Of a stretch of 64,000 nucleotides of DNA, positions 49,491-59,592 are shown in pieces. The position numbers and the translations under genes are program-made. Location of the stretch: assembly GCA_964534625.1 (NCBI GenBank), contig CAZHRF010000007.1:32120-96119 (forward strand), written 5' to 3'. This stretch comes from an uncultured archaeon (GTDB lineage: Archaea > Asgardarchaeota > Heimdallarchaeia > Heimdallarchaeales > Heimdallarchaeaceae). The notes below the pieces were generated by a model. It saw only the letters and a program-made list of their open reading frames with translations. It was not told where the DNA came from and searched no databases. Within the stretch, counting starts at the first letter, position 1. Every line of letters starts with the position of its first letter.

Positions 49491-50707
49491 TGTGGAGTTT
49501 AGAAAATCTTCAGGTGTGGGATATAGAAGCAAAAAAATTCACCCTGAAAACTATCTCTATTCAAGAAAAAGATACTGAGAAAAAGAAAACAATAGATTGC
49601 AAAGGATTATTGGGTATACCTGTTGGAATGGATATCCACGTGCATTTTCGAGAACCGGGTTATCCCCATAAAGAAGATTTTACATCGGGAGCTAAAGCAG
49701 CAACACATGGGGGTTTATCAGCTGTTTTAGATATGCCCAATACTTTACCTGTTACTGATAGGGTAGAAGCTCTAATTAAAAAAAGAGAATTAGCAAAAAA
49801 ACAACAGTTAGTGGATGTATTTCTAGCAGCAGCTATCACAGATAAAAATCTCAATATGATAGAACAAATGTATGATTATTGTGATGCATTCAAGGTTTTT
49901 ATGTCCGAATCGTTCGGTAGTCTCTCTATTACACAAAAAAATATAGAAAAAGCTCTATCGATATTAGCAAAAAAAGGGTTGAAAGATAAACCAATTTATT
50001 TTCATGCAGAAGACCCAGAAATCCTAAAAAGAAATTCAACAAAAAAAGATCATTATGAACAAAGACCTCCAGAAGCTGAAGCACTAGCTGTTCAACAAAT
50101 AGTAAAGTGGGCAGAAAAATATCCTACCCTACATTTGCATATAACACATGTGAGTAGCTCGCTAGCTGTTAAAACAATAAAAACAAAAAAGATTATGAAC
50201 ATAACTACAGATACATGCGCAAGATATCTCTATTTGAATAAAAATAGTGATTTAGATTATTGTAAGAAAAAAGTGAATCCACCATTAAGGGAAGAGAAAG
50301 ATTCTCAAGCGTTAATAAACGCATTATCTCAAGGGATAATTGATATGATAAGTTCAGATCATTCTCCACACACCATTGACGAGAAGAAAGATCAAGCGAC
50401 TTGTCCAAGTGGAATGCCTGGTGTACAAGAATTATTGCCAAGTTTGATTAATCTGGTTAAAAAAGAAGCAATAGAATGGAAAAGGGCAATAGAAGCGTAC
50501 TATATTTATCCCAATAGATTGTTTGGAAAAAATGTTAAAGGGTTGAAGTGTTATGAAGAAGGAAATATAGTTATCATAGATATAAATGAACCCTATAGTA
50601 TAACTAAAGACTGGATCCAATCTAAATGCGGCTGGTCTCCATTTGAAGGAAGAACATTTTATGGAAAATTTAAACATGTTTTTGTAAAGGGTATAAAAGT
50701 AATTTAA
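49490..50707 (+). CDS. pyrC: Dihydroorotase
   Basis: DIHVHFREPG, DMPNT, HAE, HVS, KVNPPLR and SDHSPH; TAATG overlap with pyrK. Confidence 0.93.
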   Translation: MWSLENLQVWDIEAKKFTLKTISIQEKDTEKKKTIDCKGLLGIPVGMDIHVHFREPGYPHKEDFTSGAKAATHGGLSAVLDMPNTLPVTDRVEALIKKRELAKKQQLVDVFLAAAITDKNLNMIEQMYDYCDAFKVFMSESFGSLSITQKNIEKALSILAKKGLKDKPIYFHAEDPEILKRNSTKKDHYEQRPPEAEALAVQQIVKWAEKYPTLHLHITHVSSSLAVKTIKTKKIMNITTDTCARYLYLNKNSDLDYCKKKVNPPLREEKDSQALINALSQGIIDMISSDHSPHTIDEKKDQATCPSGMPGVQELLPSLINLVKKEAIEWKRAIEAYYIYPNRLFGKNVKGLKCYEEGNIVIIDINEPYSITKDWIQSKCGWSPFEGRTFYGKFKHVFVKGIKVI

Positions 50708-50742
50708 CAACTAAAAATAAATTAGTAAAAGAGAGTGAAAAA

Positions 50743-51522
50743 ATGAATTTTGTTAAAAAATATCTCAAAGCAGTAGAAGAAAAAAACAGTGTATTGTGCG
50801 TGGGATTAGATCCTGCAATTAAAGGACAAAGAGAAAAAAATGTTATGAAAGATACAAATCGAGTTAAATTTATGAGAAATATAATTGATCTTGTATCAGA
50901 ACATACGAGTGTTGTTAAGATTAATAGGCAATACATACTTGGTTTAACTACAAAAGAAATACAAGAGATTAATGAGCACATTCATAGTAAAGGAATGCTT
51001 TCAGTTATAGATCATAAACTTGGCGATATCGGAAGCACAAATGATTCTGCTCTATATTGGTTTAGAGAAGAAGGTTTTGACGCATTTACCTTTTCACCTT
51101 TTGCAGGAAATATTGAGGAAGCGACACAAAAGGCTCATGCATTAGATATGGGAATAATAGTTTTAGCATTAATGTCAAATCCTGAGGCTATATATCAAAA
51201 AGAAGCAAAAATAGAAAAACAGCCTCTATATGAATATATAGCAAAAAAGATAGGTGAATATAATGCGGATGGATGTGTAATAGGAGCTACAGGACATGTT
51301 AAAAAAGAAGATATAAAGAAAATAAGAAATGCGGTGGGAGATAATGTTATTGCGTTAGTGCCTGGGGTAGGTGCTCAAGGTGGAAGCGCGGCATTGTTAC
51401 TAAAAGAGTTTGGAGATAAGACCATGGTCAATGTAGGTAGGGGAGTAATATACGCAGAAAATCCCGAAGAAAAAGCAAAATACTATAAACAATTGTTTAA
51501 TAATCAAAGAAAAAAACAATAG
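50743..51522 (+). CDS. pyrF: Orotidine 5'-phosphate decarboxylase
   Basis: CVGLDP, DHKLGDIGST, PGVGAQGG and NVGR. Confidence 0.94.
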   Translation: MNFVKKYLKAVEEKNSVLCVGLDPAIKGQREKNVMKDTNRVKFMRNIIDLVSEHTSVVKINRQYILGLTTKEIQEINEHIHSKGMLSVIDHKLGDIGSTNDSALYWFREEGFDAFTFSPFAGNIEEATQKAHALDMGIIVLALMSNPEAIYQKEAKIEKQPLYEYIAKKIGEYNADGCVIGATGHVKKEDIKKIRNAVGDNVIALVPGVGAQGGSAALLLKEFGDKTMVNVGRGVIYAENPEEKAKYYKQLFNNQRKKQ

Positions 51523-51558
51523 AAAAACCAAGGGCGATTTTATCTCTAAAAAATGCCC

Positions 51559-52170
51559 TTATTCACAATTTTCTTTTATGAGTTGCTTAATATCTTGCGA
51601 GATAACATCATCAGGAAGTTTTAGACAAATAGACCAAATTTCTGCAATAGTTACTGTAGAATGGATTTTTACGCCTAGATCAGTTAAGTCAGAGGTATTA
51701 CCTTCACTACGATCTATAAGTACAACAATATCGTCTACTATCAAATTCATTTCTCTTAATGCTTCTATACCAGGAACCTTACTTCCACCAGTAGTTATAA
51801 GATCATCAACCAAAATAACTTTGGCTTGATCATGAATAGAGCCTTCTACAAGTTTTTTCAAACCATGACCCTTAGCCTCTGGACGAACAATTAGAGCGGG
51901 AATATGCATAGTATAGCCTAAAACAGCAGAAAAAGGAACACCCGCAACAGCTACACCTGCAACAGCATCATAATCCCCAATATCAATAATTGTGTCTTGA
52001 TAGCAGTCTATAACATGTTTGAAAACCTTAGGAAATGAAGGTATTAAACGTAAATCAATATAAAACCAAGATTTAGCGCCAGATTTTAAAGTAAATTCTC
52101 CAAATTTGATAATATTTTTTTCGACTAAAAGTTGAATTAATTTAGTTTTTTTATTTGTAGGACTATTCAT
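51559..52170 (-). CDS. pyrE: Orotate phosphoribosyltransferase
   Basis: FGEFTLKSG..S.FYIDLR, KGHG and LVDDLITTGGS. Confidence 0.95.
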   Translation of the reverse strand: MNSPTNKKTKLIQLLVEKNIIKFGEFTLKSGAKSWFYIDLRLIPSFPKVFKHVIDCYQDTIIDIGDYDAVAGVAVAGVPFSAVLGYTMHIPALIVRPEAKGHGLKKLVEGSIHDQAKVILVDDLITTGGSKVPGIEALREMNLIVDDIVVLIDRSEGNTSDLTDLGVKIHSTVTIAEIWSICLKLPDDVISQDIKQLIKENCE

Positions 52171-52191
52171 ATTTCTTTCAGCTCATTAATA

Positions 52192-52773
52192 TTAGTTCGA
52201 TGTAAAAACTATCTCATCTTCATTTAATGTGAGTAGCCCAGAACTTAAATCAGGCCTATTTATCTCAGCCTTGCAAATTGGGCAAACATTTTTGTGTTGT
52301 AACCATGTAGTAAAATGATCTCTATGGGCAGCATAGTTACAATTAGGGCAAAGTAAAACATTTATAGACGTAACATTGGTAAAACTAAACTCTTGAAGGC
52401 AGACAATGCATTTATTGCCAGAAATAGATTCTTCAATGAGATTTGCCCATGCTTGGTATTCTCTTACTTTCTGAGAATCATTTTCCTGTTGTATTTTATC
52501 AATTAAAGAGTCCAATGTTGTAGAAATTTTTGCCCTGTTAACGAAGGAAGGAACCTTCTCAGAAGAATTCATGGCGTTCTTAACTTGTTTGAGAAAATCA
52601 GCGGTTTCTTCTTTTATCTTAGGAACAGCTTTACGGAAATTAGTCTCAATCTCAGCGGTAAACTTTCTTACTCTTGTTGTAATCCCTTTGTTAATGGGAT
52701 ATGTTTTACCGCAATAAGGACAATAAATGCTGTTTTTTGGTATGGCTCTGTAACAGTATCTGCAATTAGTTAT
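52192..52773 (-). CDS. Zn-ribbon + coiled helices + RING-type finger protein (putative E3 ligase); probable ATA start
   Basis: The frame is open 67 codons upstream of ATG 52572, up to TAA at 52777-52779, and encodes CRYC..CPYC. The C-terminus has CIVC-x16-CPNC-x4-H-x2-H-x3-W-x6-CPIC. AGGTG RBS lies 6 nt before ATA. Confidence 0.75.
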   Translation of the reverse strand: MTNCRYCYRAIPKNSIYCPYCGKTYPINKGITTRVRKFTAEIETNFRKAVPKIKEETADFLKQVKNAMNSSEKVPSFVNRAKISTTLDSLIDKIQQENDSQKVREYQAWANLIEESISGNKCIVCLQEFSFTNVTSINVLLCPNCNYAAHRDHFTTWLQHKNVCPICKAEINRPDLSSGLLTLNEDEIVFTSN

Positions 52774-52923
52774 TTTTTACACCTACTTTAGTCACTTTCA
52801 CTGATGATAGAATAAAAGAGAACGGGTATTTAAATCTATTATTTCTAGATTATAATTTTAACAAAGAGAAGTGAGTTATCTGTTAAGGTCTGTCTAGGAA
52901 AGATAAAAACTAAAAATTTTATT

Positions 52924-53820
52924 TTACTTTTTTTCCTTTTCCTCTGTGTAATCTACATCCGTTACTATTGGTTTTGTGTTTTCACACTGCGGACAATAGA
53001 AATAACTACCGCCCGATGGAGGGTAATACCTTTCCATACCAAGTCCACAGTATTCACACACTTCAGCTATATCCTCAAATTCAAGACTGATTTTAAGGAA
53101 ATCGTGCGTTTCAAAGAAATATCTTGCATGTTTGATAGATTCGAGCATCTGTTCTTTATCTGTTAACTCAATAAGGGCACTGTGAATTTTATGCTGGGAA
53201 ATATATTCGAATGCAGGGCGAGGTTGAATTTTACCATTAGCTAAGGGATTAGCCCCAATATATAGTTTATTGGTGGAGTTGACAATCATCTCAGCGAGAG
53301 AACGATTTTGTAAGCCTAGTCCCCTCATATTAAAGGGAATAAGATAAATATCTAGATCTGCAATTGCATTTACAAAAATTGAAACAGTACCGATAGGCTC
53401 TCGTGAAAAACCTCCGAAATAATTAGTGTTTTTTCTAAGAGTTTTGAGATATTTGTTGATAAGATTCGTGTCACGCCTATCTGTAAGGGTATAATCTAAA
53501 ATTAAAGCTATGGGCTTGAAATTTAATTGACCGAGAAGGGATGTGAGGGTCTCAAACGTATCATACTTTACAATAAGAAGAAATTCTGCAGTAGGAACCT
53601 TTTTGTGTATATCGTTTAGAAGAGTAACCATCTTGTTATTGTTATAGAGGTAAAAAAGGAAAGACGTAGCCCCAGCATCATTTAGACGTTGCATGAGTTC
53701 AGGTAAAATATCTGGTTGTTTTAAATAATGGTCATCAGGAATTTGCTCGAATGTTGTATATCTAATAGACCCTACAATTACTCGGCAAATTTTGTTAAAC
53801 AATTCGTTGGTGTCAGACAT
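52924..53820 (-). CDS. Degenerate aldo-keto-reductase-like TIM barrel with C-terminal Zn ribbon
   Basis: YLIPFNMRG and IGANPLANGKI motifs; CEYC...CPQC. Confidence 0.55.
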   Translation of the reverse strand: MSDTNELFNKICRVIVGSIRYTTFEQIPDDHYLKQPDILPELMQRLNDAGATSFLFYLYNNNKMVTLLNDIHKKVPTAEFLLIVKYDTFETLTSLLGQLNFKPIALILDYTLTDRRDTNLINKYLKTLRKNTNYFGGFSREPIGTVSIFVNAIADLDIYLIPFNMRGLGLQNRSLAEMIVNSTNKLYIGANPLANGKIQPRPAFEYISQHKIHSALIELTDKEQMLESIKHARYFFETHDFLKISLEFEDIAEVCEYCGLGMERYYPPSGGSYFYCPQCENTKPIVTDVDYTEEKEKK

Positions 53821-53977
53821 AGCTCTGATAAATAGTTTTAATATAATGTTATAAATTTATTGTGCAAAAAAAGCAAAAATTTGTTTTATAAGTAAACATA
53901 CTTAGGATTAGAAAAGGAGAGGGCTATTTAACTAGTAAGGTTTAAATAAATAAGTAAAATATCAATACTAGATTCTA

Positions 53978-55036
53978 ATGCAAATAAAACGAAAAGAAAT
54001 AATCCAAACACAGAAAGAATTAAGTGAACTGATTGGTGTCCCTGGACATGAGCAAGAAGTATCTGATTATTTGTTATCACAGCTTGATACTTTGTTACCT
54101 AACGCTTGGACTGACCCTATTGGCAATATATTAGGTGTCAGAGAAGGAAATGATCCAAATGGGCTAAAGATATTACTAGATGCTCATATGGATGAGGTTG
54201 GCTTTATGATCAATCATATAGATAAAGATGGTTTCATCAGAGTAGATACTCTTGGAGGCATAGATAAAAGAGTACTTTTGGGGAGTCAAATTGTTTTACA
54301 AACAGAAAAAAATGAAAGAGTAATGGGTATATTTGGATCTGCACCTCCTCATATTACAAGTGGAGAAGAAAGGGAAAAAGTTCCAGAAGTAAAAGATATG
54401 TTTGTTGATATTGGCTGTTCCTCTTATGAAGAAGTTAGAGAAAAAGGATTAGACATAGGCTCAGTTGGTACATTTCACACACAATTTAGACAATTAGATG
54501 ATGAAACACTAACAGGAAAGGCATTTGATGATCGAACAGCATGTAATGTTATTTTGCAAGTATTAAAATCTTTAAGCGATGAAGCAATTGATAATACAAT
54601 CATGGTGAATTTTGCAGTACAAGAAGAAGTAGGAACAAGAGGGGCGAGAGTAGGTGCTTATACTCTTGAACCTAATATTGCTCTAGCATTAGAGAACACT
54701 ATTGCAAGTGATGTACCAGGAGTTAAAGATTACAAGGTCGTAACTGCATTGGGAAAAGGTCCTGCTTTAACAGTAGCTGACAGATCAGTTATTGTTCCGA
54801 GAAAAATAATTCATAGGTTAAAACAAGCAGCAAAAGAATGTGGTGTGGAATATCAGTATAAAAAACCCACTTATGGAGGATGTGACGCGGGAGCAATTAT
54901 GCTAACAAGACATGGTGTTCCTAGTGGCGTCGTTTCAGTGCCCTGTCGTTATATTCATGGACCTGTGGGTTTACTAAAAATTCAAGATATTGAAAATACA
55001 ATTAAACTCGTTAAAACATTTTGTAAAATACTTTAA
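53978..55036 (+). CDS. M42 family (TET) aminopeptidase
   Basis: AHMDEVG, KAFDDR, QEEVG, GGCDAG and RYIH. Confidence 0.95.
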   Translation: MQIKRKEIIQTQKELSELIGVPGHEQEVSDYLLSQLDTLLPNAWTDPIGNILGVREGNDPNGLKILLDAHMDEVGFMINHIDKDGFIRVDTLGGIDKRVLLGSQIVLQTEKNERVMGIFGSAPPHITSGEEREKVPEVKDMFVDIGCSSYEEVREKGLDIGSVGTFHTQFRQLDDETLTGKAFDDRTACNVILQVLKSLSDEAIDNTIMVNFAVQEEVGTRGARVGAYTLEPNIALALENTIASDVPGVKDYKVVTALGKGPALTVADRSVIVPRKIIHRLKQAAKECGVEYQYKKPTYGGCDAGAIMLTRHGVPSGVVSVPCRYIHGPVGLLKIQDIENTIKLVKTFCKIL

Positions 55037-55086
55037 TTAATTTTTTTTTCTCGCTTAATTTACTTGCCATTTTTTACTCTTTTTTA
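55036..55086. terminator. T-tract terminator between convergent M42 peptidase and GTPase genes
   Basis: T9 immediately after the stop, plus further T6-T7 runs. Confidence 0.45.
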
Positions 55087-55106
55087 AATGAAATGAATTA
55101 TATTTG

Positions 55107-55604
55107 CTATTTGTTCTTTTTCTGAGCATTTCTGATAACCTCAATAAATGCTTTTTCAAGACTTTTCTCATTAATGGCAGATACAATTTTGTAATTGATG
55201 TTAAATTTATCAGCAATGTTTTTTATTTCTTCTAGACTTATCTCATGATAATCGTGCATATCTTGTTTAGTCCCAAATAGAATTAAATGAGGAATATAAT
55301 TTAGTGTCTCTGCAACTTCTCGTACCCATTTAGCTAAACCGGTAAAAGTAGACCTACGAGTAAGATCAAAAACAATAAAAATAACACTAGCTCCTTGATA
55401 AAATGTTTTACGGAGAGTTTGGAAACGCTGTTGAGCTGGTAAATCCCAGAGGGTAATTTTATATTCTTCTAAGTCAACTTGAAGCGTGATACTAGCAATA
55501 TTTTGTCCATATTCTTCAGTTGTAATTGTATCACAAAGTGTTTCAAGGATGCGAGTTTTACCTGTTCCAGCATCTCCAATAAAGACGAATTTAAGGTTTT
55601 GCAC
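55107..55604 (-). CDS. Rab-like small GTPase (atypical G2/G3)
   Basis: GDAGTGKT, WDLPAQQRF, FYQGA, FDLT, GTKQD and VSA. Confidence 0.88.
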   Translation of the reverse strand: MQNLKFVFIGDAGTGKTRILETLCDTITTEEYGQNIASITLQVDLEEYKITLWDLPAQQRFQTLRKTFYQGASVIFIVFDLTRRSTFTGLAKWVREVAETLNYIPHLILFGTKQDMHDYHEISLEEIKNIADKFNINYKIVSAINEKSLEKAFIEVIRNAQKKNK

Positions 55605-55783
55605 AAGAAGTATCTATCCTAGCTAATAAAAAACTTTCTCAATAATTTTCACATCAATAATAAGAACAAAAAATGAGGAAGTAAGTTAAATGAATTAATA
55701 CAAGATTCTATCTTATACTCTTGAATATTTGTTGAATATTTGTTTTTGTAGATAAAAATGGTCTAAGTGAAAACGAAACTTTC

Positions 55784-56434
55784 TTACTTATTAACTCCAG
55801 TTAAAAATATTTTCAGTTGATCTTCCATTAGCTGGAGAATTTCTTCTTCTGAAGGTTCGGTATCTAATTCATATTCCAAAAAGCCTATCTCCCCTAATAT
55901 GGCTTTTGTGATATTAAAAAAGGTGTAAGCCATACTAGATGGTCTTACATCCTCTCTAATTACTTGCTTGTCTTGAGCTTTCTTGAATAATTGTTCAACT
56001 ATTCTAACGCCATAAAGATATTCATCTTGTTTTTGTAAGATTGGTTTTAAATGTGGATCTGTATACTCTTTTTGAAGTAATAAAAAGAATTTTCGTGATT
56101 TTATTACTACTTCTAATACTTCTTGTAAAATCCATTTAAGACCCGATTTGAAATCTTCAAGAATTGTTGGACTTTTTTCAGCTATTCTATCCCATAATGA
56201 ATGATTGATTTGCATACCAATTTCTGACAGTTTTTCAAAGATTTCCCTTTTGTTTCTGAAATACTTATAGACACCTGCCTCTGAGATCCCTTCTCTCTCT
56301 GCAATATCTTTCATTGTAGTACGGGCCACACCGTTCTCTAAAAAGACATCAATTGCTGAGGATAAAATTGATAATTGCCGGTCTTCAGCTGACTTCCATT
56401 CTGTTTTCTTGTTCTTCTTTTTATCTTTCATCAA
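55784..56434 (-). CDS. TetR/AcrR family transcriptional regulator
   Basis: ILSSAIDVFLENG...TTMKDIAEREGISEAGVYKYFRNK. Confidence 0.93.
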   Translation of the reverse strand: MMKDKKKNKKTEWKSAEDRQLSILSSAIDVFLENGVARTTMKDIAEREGISEAGVYKYFRNKREIFEKLSEIGMQINHSLWDRIAEKSPTILEDFKSGLKWILQEVLEVVIKSRKFFLLLQKEYTDPHLKPILQKQDEYLYGVRIVEQLFKKAQDKQVIREDVRPSSMAYTFFNITKAILGEIGFLEYELDTEPSEEEILQLMEDQLKIFLTGVNK

Positions 56435-56439
56435 ATCAC

Positions 56440-56463
56440 AAAAGTGAGTAATTACTAACTTTT
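56440..56463. promoter_or_regulatory. Putative TetR operator (24-bp palindrome) abutting TATA box TTTATAAA (56461-56468)
   Basis: AAAAGTgAGTAATTACTaACTTTT, one mismatched pair, between divergent tetR and ABC operon. Confidence 0.7.
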
Positions 56464-56543
56464 ATAAAGCTGAATAGTATATTAATGTTATTAATGTTAA
56501 TTGGTGTTGTTACTAAAAAGATTAACTCCTTGAGGAATATATC

Positions 56544-59500
56544 ATGCGTTACATTCTAAATTTGGTAAATAAAACTTTTAGACGCCGTTTAGGCAAAAAT
56601 ATTGGTACATTGATTGGAATTGCTCTTTCAGTTAGTCTAATGGTCGGTGTACAAATAACAATAAACTCTTTTGCTGATGAAGCAGTTGGATATTTCGTTG
56701 AATCTATTGGTGAGAAGGACATTGTTATTAGTGGAACTAACTATCCAATAAATAATTACACAAACGTCATAGAAAATATTGAACAATCTGATCTTGAGTA
56801 TGCTGGGCTAAATGTGCGGGTTACCCAAAATGTTGCAGTATACAATCTAAAAACTGGTGATCTTAGAAAGAGGGTTAATTTTAATGGCATCAAACCAGAT
56901 GAAAATCCCCTTTTTGGTTATTTTTATGATGAAAATGGTACAAAATTCACCCCTGAAGTGTTTTCTAATTTACTAGTTAATAATCGTTCTGTATTGGTGG
57001 GTTATGGTCTACGAGATAGGTTGAATTTATCAATTAATGATACAGTAACAATTAGAATAGGTCAACTTGACTTGTCGTCTTTCAGCTATAACTATGTTAC
57101 CTATGATTTTTTTGTTGTAGGAATTGTTGCCGATCAAGGTAAAGGAAAAGAATATGGGGGTCGTGCACTTTGGACATCCATTGATAATCTCCGCTCCTTT
57201 ATGGGTTACAATGAAAGTCAAGTCTCAGAAATTAACATAGCATTAACCGCAGACCGTGACAAAAACCCTGTTTCAAGTGAGGAAGCTAAAAATGCTGAGG
57301 CTAAATTACAAAGAATTCTGAGAACGGATGAAACGGGGTATTTTGTGATTGCATTCAGAGCTCTGGTTCTAGATACTGCAGATACAATTATATCTGATGT
57401 ATTGTTGACATTTAATATCTTTGGCGCTTTAATCATCTTTTCTGGTGTACTATTACTTGTTAATATCCAACTTATTCAAGTAGAAGACAGAGTTCAGCAA
57501 TTGGGCATTATGCGTGCAATAGGCTCAAGAAAAAGTGAAATCATTAGCATGTTTTTCATTGAATCAATCATTTTGGGTTTTTTTGGGTCACTGCTAGGTT
57601 TGCTGGGAGGATATGGAATGTCTGTTTTTCTTGTTTGGCAGATTGGACAAACCTTTTTTGAAGGTGCAATAATCATTAGACCTGTTGTAACACTGAGCGC
57701 ACTTATTTATTCTGTTGTAATTGGACTTGTATTAGCAATAGGGGCAGGGGTTTTACCAGCGATCAAAGCAAGTAGAATCGATGTTATTGAAGTTATTAGA
57801 GGAATTAAGAAGTCGAAACCAAAAACAACCAATTCAGCTATTTTGGGTGTAGGATTGACTTTAATAGCTGCTGGATTAAGCATATTTTTCATTAGAAATT
57901 CAGTTTCCTCTTACTTTATAAGAGCGGGGTGGAGTACAGCTATTGGTCAATGGTTCTTTATGGGGGCAACTGTGGGTGTGTTAATCGGATTGTGTACGAT
58001 ATTAGGGTATTTATATTCAAAAAAAGTAATGGGTACTTCTATGGCATTGTCTCTTATCTTTGTCTCAATATTAATGATGCTCTTCGCTTTACCTGAATTA
58101 AAAGATGTGGTAGAGAATAATAAAATGTTGATAACCTGTATTGTAGTTTTAGCGTTAGGGTCAATAATACTTGTAGGAGTTAATTTGGTGAGCGTTACAA
58201 CGATCATACAAAATATTCTCTACAAAACCCGAATAAAAAAAGGTGTATCATTAATATCAAGTAGATATATGACATCAAAGGGTATCAGAAGCACATTGAC
58301 CTTTGGTATTTTTGTCCTAGTATTAACCATGCAAATCTTTGCTAGTATATATCAAACGACTTATGCGTATAACACACTAGATTCAATTGAATTTAATGCA
58401 GGAGGGGCTCCTATTTATATACAGTTGGATACTCCAGTACAAAATGAATCTTTAGTGAATGTTGAACAAGATTTACTGGAACTTGATTCTTCCATTAGCT
58501 ATGTACAAGGCATTAATTCCACTCTGACATTTATACGAACTGATCAAGAAGTACAAGAACTAGAAATTCCAGCTGATATATTTCCAGCACGAATAGACCT
58601 AATATATAATGAAACGATGAAAAATGAGACAGGATATAAATTTGAGTTCATTTTTGGACAATCTATAGGAAAATTTAATGATAAATATAAACCTGCAGCT
58701 TCAGAAGAATATCAAAAAGACTATTCGCTTGAACTTTGGGATCTCTTTTTGAATAGGACAAAATTTGATAATCAAGGTAATATAGATAATGAAAACGGTT
58801 TACCGACAGTAATATCAACCTCCTCAATTTTCAAACCTGGGGATATTTTCAATATTACAGGTCTGAATAGATATGGCTTCCCAGTAAACACTACAGTGAC
58901 TGTATTAGGCGTACTTAAACAATACCCGTTTTCATTATCGGGGGGAATACCTAATTTACTAGTAACTGAGGAATTTGTTTTTAATTTGTGGTTTAACTTT
59001 AATTTATATCCAAAGTATACGAGATATCTTGTAAAAACAAATGAAGATTTTCAAGAGGGAAGAAATCCAGAAATCGTTAATAAAATTGAAAGATTCTTTA
59101 ATGCTAATGATTCAGATTTAGTCAAAAACAATGATTATGTTGCTGCTTCTGTAACCAATGTTTGGGATCAAATGTTAGACATCATTGATTTTGAAATACG
59201 AACCTTTGATTTTCTTCAATATTTTATTGGATTTGGCTTAATAGTTGGTGCATTAGGCATGGTTGTCATAGCTATTAGAAATGTTTCGGAAAGAAAACGA
59301 GAAATAGGTATGATGCGAGCAATAGGCTATAAGAGGAGCCAAATAATAGGAACAATAATGCTTGAATTGTTCATTTTAGCTGGATTGGGGCTGTTTATGG
59401 GGATACTTAACAGTCTTATTATTGGATTTGCTTATGCGCGAGTATACGATTGGCTATTAATCATTCCACTATTGAGGGTGCTTATGTATTCTGGAATAAT

Positions 59501-59588
59501 GATAGGAATTGCATTAATAGCATCAATTATACCCGGAATGAAAGCAAGTCAAATAACGCCTGCAGAGGCATTGAGGTATGTAGGGTGA
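56544..59588 (+). CDS. MacB/FtsX/LolC-like ABC permease (duplicated, type VII)
   Basis: Two FtsX-like modules (DRVQQLGIMRAIG; ERKREIGMMRAIG...PAEALRY), each with a large extracellular domain. Confidence 0.9.
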   Translation: MRYILNLVNKTFRRRLGKNIGTLIGIALSVSLMVGVQITINSFADEAVGYFVESIGEKDIVISGTNYPINNYTNVIENIEQSDLEYAGLNVRVTQNVAVYNLKTGDLRKRVNFNGIKPDENPLFGYFYDENGTKFTPEVFSNLLVNNRSVLVGYGLRDRLNLSINDTVTIRIGQLDLSSFSYNYVTYDFFVVGIVADQGKGKEYGGRALWTSIDNLRSFMGYNESQVSEINIALTADRDKNPVSSEEAKNAEAKLQRILRTDETGYFVIAFRALVLDTADTIISDVLLTFNIFGALIIFSGVLLLVNIQLIQVEDRVQQLGIMRAIGSRKSEIISMFFIESIILGFFGSLLGLLGGYGMSVFLVWQIGQTFFEGAIIIRPVVTLSALIYSVVIGLVLAIGAGVLPAIKASRIDVIEVIRGIKKSKPKTTNSAILGVGLTLIAAGLSIFFIRNSVSSYFIRAGWSTAIGQWFFMGATVGVLIGLCTILGYLYSKKVMGTSMALSLIFVSILMMLFALPELKDVVENNKMLITCIVVLALGSIILVGVNLVSVTTIIQNILYKTRIKKGVSLISSRYMTSKGIRSTLTFGIFVLVLTMQIFASIYQTTYAYNTLDSIEFNAGGAPIYIQLDTPVQNESLVNVEQDLLELDSSISYVQGINSTLTFIRTDQEVQELEIPADIFPARIDLIYNETMKNETGYKFEFIFGQSIGKFNDKYKPAASEEYQKDYSLELWDLFLNRTKFDNQGNIDNENGLPTVISTSSIFKPGDIFNITGLNRYGFPVNTTVTVLGVLKQYPFSLSGGIPNLLVTEEFVFNLWFNFNLYPKYTRYLVKTNEDFQEGRNPEIVNKIERFFNANDSDLVKNNDYVAASVTNVWDQMLDIIDFEIRTFDFLQYFIGFGLIVGALGMVVIAIRNVSERKREIGMMRAIGYKRSQIIGTIMLELFILAGLGLFMGILNSLIIGFAYARVYDWLLIIPLLRVLMYSGIMIGIALIASIIPGMKASQITPAEALRYVG

Positions 59589-59592
59589 TAAA

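Noticed and set aside
47725-52170. pyr cluster lacking pyrB/carAB
   Set aside because: Split pyrimidine clusters are common in archaea; the genes are probably elsewhere
52585-52791. 68-aa plus-strand ORF
   Set aside because: Antisense shadow of the Zn-ribbon extension of the RING gene
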